This document shows, in pieces, positions 13,220-20,000 of a stretch of 20,000 nucleotides of DNA; the first letter of the stretch is position 1; the number at the start of each line of letters is the position of its first letter. Both the position numbers and the translations under genes were made by a program. Origin of the DNA: Mobula hypostoma (taxonomy: Eukaryota); assembly GCF_963921235.1 (NCBI RefSeq), contig NC_086107.1, positions 117,049,008 to 117,069,007 of the forward strand, in the 5' to 3' direction. The notes under the pieces are model-generated. The model was not told the DNA's origin and made no database searches. It worked only from the letters and a program-made list of their open reading frames with translations.

Positions 13220-14220
13220 TGAAACTCCTGTCCTGAATCTCCTGCCCTGAATCTCATGCCCTGAATCTCATGCCCTGAAACTCCTGCCCTGAATCTCAAG
13301 CCCTGAAACTACTGCCCTGAATCTCATGCCCTGAAACTCCTGCCCTGAATCTCATGCCCTGAAACTCCTGTCCTGAAACTGCTGCCCTGAATCTCAAGCC
13401 CTGAATCTCATGCCCTGAAACTCCTGCCCTGTTCCTCAAGCCCTGAATCTCATGCTCTGAATCTCATGCCCTGAAACTCCTGCACTGAATCTCCTGCCCT
13501 GAATCTCATGCCCTGAAACTCCTGCCCTGAATCTCATGCCTTGAAACTCCTGCTATGAAACTCATGCCCTGAATCTCATGTCCTGAATCTCCTGCCCTGA
13601 ATCTCAAGCCCTGAAAATACTGCCCTGAATCTCATGCCCTGAAACTCATGCCCTGAATCTCATGCCCTGAAACTCCTGCACTGAATCTCCTGCCCTGAAT
13701 CTCATGCCCTGAATCTCATGCCCTGAAACTCCTGCCCTGAATCTCAAGCCCTGAAACTACTGCCCTGAATCTCATGCCCTGAAACTCCTGCCCTGAATCT
13801 CATGCCCTGAAACTCCTGTCCTGAAACTCCTGCCCTGAATCTCATGCCCTGAATCTCATGCCCTGAAACTCCTGCCCTGTTCCTCAAGCCCTGAATCTCA
13901 TGCCCTGAATCTCATGCCCTGAAACTCCTGCCCTGAATCTCATGCCCTGAATCTCATGCCCTGAAACTACTGCCCTGAATCTCATGCCTTGAAACTCCTG
14001 CTATGAAACTCATGCCCTGAATCTCATGCCCTGAAACTCCTGCCCTGAATCTCAAGCCCTGAAAATACTGCCCTGAATCTCATGCCCTGAAACTCATGCC
14101 CTGAATCTCATGCCCTGAAACTCCTGCACTGAATCTCCTGCCCTGAATCTCATGCCCTGAATCTCATGCCCTGAAACTCCTGCCCTGAATCTCAAGCCCT
14201 GAAACTACTGCCCTGAATCT
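13220..14220. repeat. 448-bp higher-order repeat, about 2 tandem copies (boundaries approximate)
   Basis: GCCCTGTTCCTCAA at 13426 and 13874, GCTATG at 13552 and 14000, GCCCTGAAAATACT at 13608 and 14056, all 448 bp apart. Confidence 0.85.
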
Positions 14221-16071
14221 CATGCCCTGAAACTCCTGCCCTGAATCTCATGCCCTGAAACTCCTGCCCTGAATCTCATGCCCTGAAACTCCTGCCCTGA
14301 ATCTCATGCCCTGAAACTCATGCCCTGAATCTCATGCCCTGAAACTCCTGCCCTGAATCTCATGCCCTGAAACTCCTGCCCTGAATCTCCTGCCCTGAAT
14401 CTCATGCCCTGAAACTCATGCCCTGAATCTCATGCCCTGAAACTCCTGCCCTGAATCTCATGCCCTGAAACTACTGCCCTGAATCTCATGCCCTGAAACT
14501 CCTGCCCTGAATCTCCTGCCCTGAATCTCATGCCCTGAATCTCCTGCCCTGAAACTCATGCCCTGAATCTCATGCCCTGAATCTCCTGCCCTGAATCTCC
14601 TGCCCTGAATCTCATGCCCTGAAACTCATGCCCTGAATCTCATGCCCTGAAACTCATGCCCTGAATCTCATGCCCTGAAACTCCTGCCCTGAATCTCATG
14701 CCCTGAAACTCATGCCCTGAATCTCATGCCCTGAAACTCATGCCCTGAATCTCCTGCCCTGAAACTCATGCCCTGAATCTCATGCCCTGAAACTCCTGCC
14801 CTGAAACTCATGCCCTGAATCTCATGCCCTGAATCTCCTGCCCTGAAACTCATGCCCTGAATCTCATGCCCTGAAACTCCTGCCCTGAATCTCATGCCCT
14901 GAAACTACTGCCCTGAATCTCATGCCCTGAAACTCCTGCCCTGAATCTCCTGCCCTGAAACTCATGCCCTGAATCTCATGCCCTGAAACTCCTGCCCTGA
15001 ATCTCCTGCCCTGAAACTCATGCCCTGAATCTCATGCCCTGAATCTCATGCCCTGAAACTCCTGCCCTGAAACTCATGCCCTGAATCTCATGCCCTGAAA
15101 CTCCTGCCCTGAATCTCATGCCCTGAATCTCATGCCCTGAATCTCATGCCCTGAAACTCCTGCCCTGAATCTCATGCCCTGAAACTCCTGCCCTGAATCT
15201 CATGCCCTGAAACTCCTGCCCTGAATCTCATGCCCTGAAACTCATGCCCTGAATCTCATGCCCTGAATCTCCTGCCCTGAAACTCCTGCCCTGAAACTCA
15301 TGCCCTGAATCTCATGCCCTGAATCTCCTGCCCTGAATCTCCTGCCCTGAATCTCATGCCCTGAAACTCATGCCCTGAATCTCATGCCCTGAAACTCCTG
15401 CCCTGAATCTCATGCCCTGAAACTCCTGCCCTGAATCTCATGCCCTGAAACTCCTGCCCTGAATCTCATGCCCTGAAACTCATGCCCTGAATCTCATGCC
15501 CTGAAACTCCTGCCCTGAATCTCATGCCCTGAAACTCCTGCCCTGAATCTCATGCCCTGAATCTCCTGCCCTGAAACTCATGCCCTGAATCTCATGCCCT
15601 GAAACTCCTGCCCTGAATCTCATGCCCTGAATCTCATGCCCTGAATCTCCTGCCCTGAAACTCATGCCCTGAATCTCATGCCCTGAAACTCCTGCCCTGA
15701 ATCTCATGCCCTGAATCTCCTGCCCTGAAACTCATGCCCTGAATCTCATGCCCTGAAACTCATGCCCTGAATCTCATGCCCTGAAACTCCTGTCCTGAAA
15801 CTCCTGCCCTGAATCTCATGCCCTGAAACTCCTGCCCTGAAACTCATGCCCTGAATCTCATGCCCTGAAACTCCTGCCCTGAATCTCCTGCCCTGAAACT
15901 CCTGCCCTGAATCTCATGCCCTGAAACTCCTGCCCTGAATCTCATGCCCTGAATCTCATGCCCTGAAACTCCTGCCCTGAATCTCATGCCCTGAAACTCC
16001 TGCCCTGAAACTCCTGCCCTGAATCTCATGCCCTGAATCTCATGCCCTGAAACTCCTGCCCTGAATCTCCT

Positions 16072-16610
16072 GCCCTGAAACCACAGCCCTGAATCTCATG
16101 CCCTGAAACTCCTGCCCTGAATCTCCTGCCCTGAATCTCATGCCCTGAATCTCATGCCCTGAAACTCCTGCCCTGAATCTCATGCCCTGAAATTCCTGTC
16201 CTGAAACTCCTGCCTTGATTCTCAAGCCCTGAATCTCATGCCCTGAAACTCCTGCCCTGTTCCTCAAGCCCTGAATCTCATGCTCTGAATCTCATGCCCT
16301 GAATCTCATGCCCTGAATCTCATGCCCTGAAACTACTGCCCTGAATCTCATGCCCTGAAACTCCTGCTATGAAACTCATGCCCTGAATCTCATGTCCTGA
16401 ATCCACTGCCCTGAATCTCATGCCCTGAATCTCATGCCCTGAAACTGCTGCCCTGAATCTCATGCCCTGAAACTCCTGCTATGAAACTCATGCCCTGAAT
16501 CTCATGCCCTGAATCTCCTGCCCTGAATCTCATGCCCTGAATCTCATGCCCTGAATCTCATGCCCTGAATCTCCTGCCCTGAAACTCCTGCCCTGAAACT
16601 CCTGCCCTGA
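16072..16610. repeat. Marker block B, copy 4
   Basis: GAAACCACA unit at 16072, AATTCCT-GTCCTG-GCCTTGATT at about 16190-16225, GTTCCTCAA unit at 16254, GCTATG pair at 16366/16478. Confidence 0.8.
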
Positions 16611-19165
16611 ATCTCATGCCCTGAAACTCATGCCCTGAATCTCATGCCCTGAAACTCATGCCCTGAATCTCCTGCCCTGGAACTCCTGCCCTGAATCTCA
16701 AGCCCTGAAACTACTGCCCTGAATCTCATGCCCTGAAACTCCTGCCCTGAATCTCATGCCCTGAAACTCCTGTCCTGAAACTCCTGCCCTGAATCTCAAG
16801 CCCTGAATCTCATGCCCTGAAACTCCTGCCCTGAATCTCAAGCCCTGAATCTCATGCCCTGAATCTCATGCCCTGAAACTCCTGCCCTGAATCTCCTGCC
16901 CTGAATCTCATGCCCTGAAACTACTGCCCTGAATCTCATGCCTTGAAACTCCTGCTATGAAACTCATGCCCTGAATCTCATGTCCTGAATCTCCTGCCCT
17001 GAATCTCAAGCCCTGAAAATACTGCCCTGAATCTCATGCCCTGAAACTCATGCCCTGAATCTCATGCCCTGAAACTCCTGCACTGAATCTCCTGCCCTGA
17101 ATCTCATGCCCTGAATCTCATGCCCTGAAACTCCTGCCCTGAATCTCAAGCCCTGAAACTACTGCCCTGAATCTCATGCCCTGAAACTCCTGCCCTGAAT
17201 CTCAAGCCCTGAAACTACTGCCCTGAATCTCATGCCCTGAAACTCATGCCCGGAATCTCATGCCCTGAAACCACAGTCCTGAATCTCATGCCCTGAAACT
17301 CCTGCCCTGAATCTCATGCCCTGAAACTACTGTCCTGAATCCCCTGCCCTGAATCTCATGCCCTGAAACTGCTGCCTTGAATCTCATGCCCTGAAACTAC
17401 TGCTCTGAATCTCAAGCCCTGAAACTACTGCCCTGAATCTCATGCCTTGAAACTCCTGCTCTGAAAGACCTTCCCTGAAAATCATGCTCTGAATCACCTG
17501 CCCTGAAACTCATGCCCTGAATCTCATGCCCTGAATCTCATGCCCTGAATCTCCTGCCCTGAATCTCATGCCCTGAAACTCATGCCCTGAATCTCATGCC
17601 CTGAAACTCATGCCCTGAATCTCATGCCCTGAATCTCCTGCCCTGAATCTCATGCCCTGAAACTCCTGCCCTGAATCTCATGCCCTGAAACTCATGCCCT
17701 GAATCTCCTGCCCTGAAACTCATGCCCTGAATCTCCTGCCCTGAAACTCATGCCCTGAATCTCATGCCCTGAATCTCATGCCCTGAATCTCCTGCCCTGA
17801 AACTCATGCCCTGAATCTCATGCCCTGAAACTCCTGCCCTGAATCTCATGCCCTGAAACTCATGCCCTGAATCTCATGCCCTGAAACTCCTGCCCTGAAT
17901 CTCCTGCCCTGAAAGTCATGCCCTGAATCTCATGCCCAGAAACTACTGCCCTGAATCTCATGCCCTGAAACTCATGCCCTGAATCTCATGCCCTGAATCT
18001 CCTGCCCTGAATCTCATGCCCTGAAACTCCTGCCCTGAATCTCATGCCCTGAATCTCCTGCCCTGAATCTCATGCCCTGAAACTCCTGCCCTGAATCTCA
18101 TGCCCTGAAACTCCTGCCCTGAATCTCATGCCCTGAAACTCCTGCCCTGAATCTCATGCCCTGAAACTCCTGCCCTGAATCTCATGCCCTGAAACTCATG
18201 CCCTGAATCTCATGCCCTGAAACTCCTGCCCTGAAACTCCTGCCCTGAAACTCATGCCCTGAATCTCATGCCCTGAATCTCCTGCCCTGAATCTCCTGCC
18301 CTGAATCTCCTGCCCTGAAACTCATGCCCTGAATCTCATGCCCTGAAACTCCTGCCCTGAATCTCATGCCCTGAATCTCATGCCCTGAAACTCCTGCCCT
18401 GAAACTCCTGCCCTGAATCTCATGCCCTGAATCTCATGCCCTGAAACTCATGCCCTGAATCTCATGCCCTGAAACTCCTGCCCTGAATCTCATGCCCTGA
18501 AACTCCTGCCCTGAATCTCATGCCCTGAATCTCATGCCCTGAATCTCATGCCCTGAATCTCATGCCCTGAATCTCCTGCCCTGAATCTCATGCCCTGAAA
18601 CTCCTGCCCTGAATCTCATGCCCTGAATCTCCTGCCCTGAATCTCATGCCCTGAATCTCCTGCCCTGAAACTCATGCCCTGAATCTCATGCCCTGAAACT
18701 CCTGCCCTGAATCTCATGCCCTGAATCTCATGCCCTGAATCTCCTGCCCTGAAACTCATGCCCTGAATCTCATGCCCTGAAACTCCTGCCCTGAATCTCA
18801 TGCCCTGAATCTCATGCCCTGAAACTCATGCCCTGAATCTCATGCCCTGAAACTCATGCCCTGAATCTCATGCCATGAAACTCCTGCCCTGAAACTACTG
18901 CCCTAAATCTCATGCCCTGAAACTCCTGCCCTGAAACTCATGCCCTGAATCTCATGCCCTGAAACTCCTGCCCTGAATCTCCTGCCCTGAAACCACAGCC
19001 CTGAATCTCATGCCCTGAAACTCCTGCCCTGAATCTCATGCCCTGAATCTCATGCCCTGAAACTCATGCCCTGAATCTCATGCCCTGAAACTCCTGCCCT
19101 GAAACTCCTGCCCTGAATCTCATGCCCTGAATCTCATGCCCTGAAACTCCTGCCCTGAATCTCCT

Positions 19166-19760
19166 GCCCTGAAACCACAGCCCTGAATCTCATGCCCTGA
19201 AACTCCTGCCCTGAATCTCCTGCCCTGAATCACATGCCCTGAATCTCATGCCCTGAAACTCCTGCCCTGAATCTCATGCCCTGAAATTCCTGTCCTGAAA
19301 CTCCTGCCTTGATTCTCAAGCCCTGAATCTCATGCCCTGAAACTCCTGCCCTGTTCTTCAAGCCCTGAATCTCATGCTCTGAATCTCATGCCCTGAATCT
19401 CATGCCCTGAAGCTCCTGCCCTGAAACTACTGCCCTGAATCTCATGCCTTGAAACTCCTGCTATGAAACTCATGCCCTGAATCTCATGTCCTGAATCCCC
19501 TGCCCTGAAACTCATGCCCTGAATCCCATGCCCTGAAACTGCTGCCCTGAATCTCATGCCTTGAAACTCCTGCTATGAAACTCATGCCCTGAATCTCATG
19601 TCCTGAATCTCCTGCCCTGAATCTCAAGCCCTGAATCTCATGCCCTGAATCTCATGCCCTGAATCTCCTGCCCTGAAACTCCTGCACTGAAACTCCTGCC
19701 CTGATTCTCCTGCATTGAAACTCATGCCCAGAATCTCATGCCCTGAAATTCATGCCCTGA
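19166..19760. repeat. Marker block B, copy 5
   Basis: GAAACCACA unit at 19166, AATTCCT-GTCCTG-GCCTTGATT at about 19285-19320, GTTCTTCAA unit at 19348, GCTATG pair at 19460/19572, GCACTG at 19684. Confidence 0.8.
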
Positions 19761-20000
19761 ATCTCCTGCCCTGAAACTCCTGCCCTGCAACTCATGCCCT
19801 GAAAACCATGCCCTGAATCTCATACCCTGATTCTCCTGCCCTGAAACTCATGCCCTGAATCTCATGCCCTGAATCTCATGCCCTGAAACTCATGCCCTGA
19901 ATCTCATACCTTGAAACTCCTGTCCTGAAGCTCATGCCCTGAATCTCATGCCCTGAAACTCCTGTCCTGAATCTCCTGCCCTGAAACTCCTGCTCTGAAA

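Larger units (their letters stand above)
1..20000. repeat. Tandem satellite/minisatellite array, 14-bp monomer GCCCTGAA[T/A]CTC[A/C]T, about 1,430 copies, extends beyond both window ends
   Basis: Read directly: GCCCTGAA recurs every 14 bp (unit starts 5, 19, 33, 47...). The four dominant monomers are GCCCTGAATCTCAT (commonest), GCCCTGAAACTCCT, GCCCTGAAACTCAT and GCCCTGAATCTCCT. No non-repeat sequence was seen. Copy number is 20000/14. Confidence 0.99.

Noticed and set aside
1911..19557. Twelve 61-75 aa minus-strand ORFs encoding (MRFRAGVSGHEIQG)-like 14-aa repeats
   Set aside because: They are translations of three monomers (42 nt). ATG and TGA overlap in every CTCAT unit, so an ORF persists only while every third unit lacks TCA, and runs of 4-5 are expected by chance among about 1,400 units. 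Several ORFs (2471, 6151, 11420, 16040) are simply copies of block B. There is no flanking gene context.
1..20000. Giant repetitive protein gene or exon
   Set aside because: On the + strand TGA occurs in essentially every monomer, so each frame has a stop every 42 nt. On the minus strand all frames are frequently stopped. Coding would need wholesale TGA reassignment plus tolerance of the frame breaks, and nothing here supports that.
1..20000. CRISPR array or repeat-spacer system
   Set aside because: The constant part is only about 8 bp and the variable part takes a handful of recurring states. There are no unique spacers, no leader and no cas genes.
1..20000. Canonical telomerase-synthesised telomere
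   Set aside because: It is not a pure known telomeric motif, and rare variants are copied at 448-bp to multi-kb periods, which indicates recombinational amplification. Kept only as a telomere-related hypothesis.
1..20000. Iteron or operator array, or synthetic data-encoding DNA
   Set aside because: There is no rep gene or AT-rich origin, and the scale is far beyond iteron clusters. Nested, imperfect duplications of point variants look like natural satellite evolution.
1..20000. Inversions, inserted mobile elements or RNA genes
   Set aside because: All units are in the same orientation (no TTCAGGGC seen on +), and no non-repeat insert was found anywhere.

Overview
The whole 20-kb window is one uninterrupted tandem array (satellite or minisatellite type) of a 14-bp monomer, consensus GCCCTGAAWCTCMT, about 1,430 copies, running off both ends. 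I found no unique sequence, credible gene, RNA gene, mobile element or CRISPR array, and the listed ORFs are by-products of the repeat. Most units are one of four monomers defined by two binary positions (GAAT/GAAA and CTCAT/CTCCT). Rare diagnostic monomers reveal nested higher-order structure: local 84-, 112- and 182-bp sub-repeats, a 448-bp (32-monomer) higher-order repeat, and a variable 3-5 kb macro-repeat with long-range offsets of about 5.27 kb and 13.57 kb. Only five breaks in the 14-bp register were found, none after position 10864. The minus strand is G-rich and carries TTCAGGG in nearly every unit, so a telomere-related origin is possible but unproven. The organism cannot be identified from the sequence; an array of this kind is most typical of eukaryotic heterochromatin. 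I do not see evidence for a new gene system here. The interest lies in the repeat architecture, and some of that could be assembly or consensus artefact. All positions were counted by hand.
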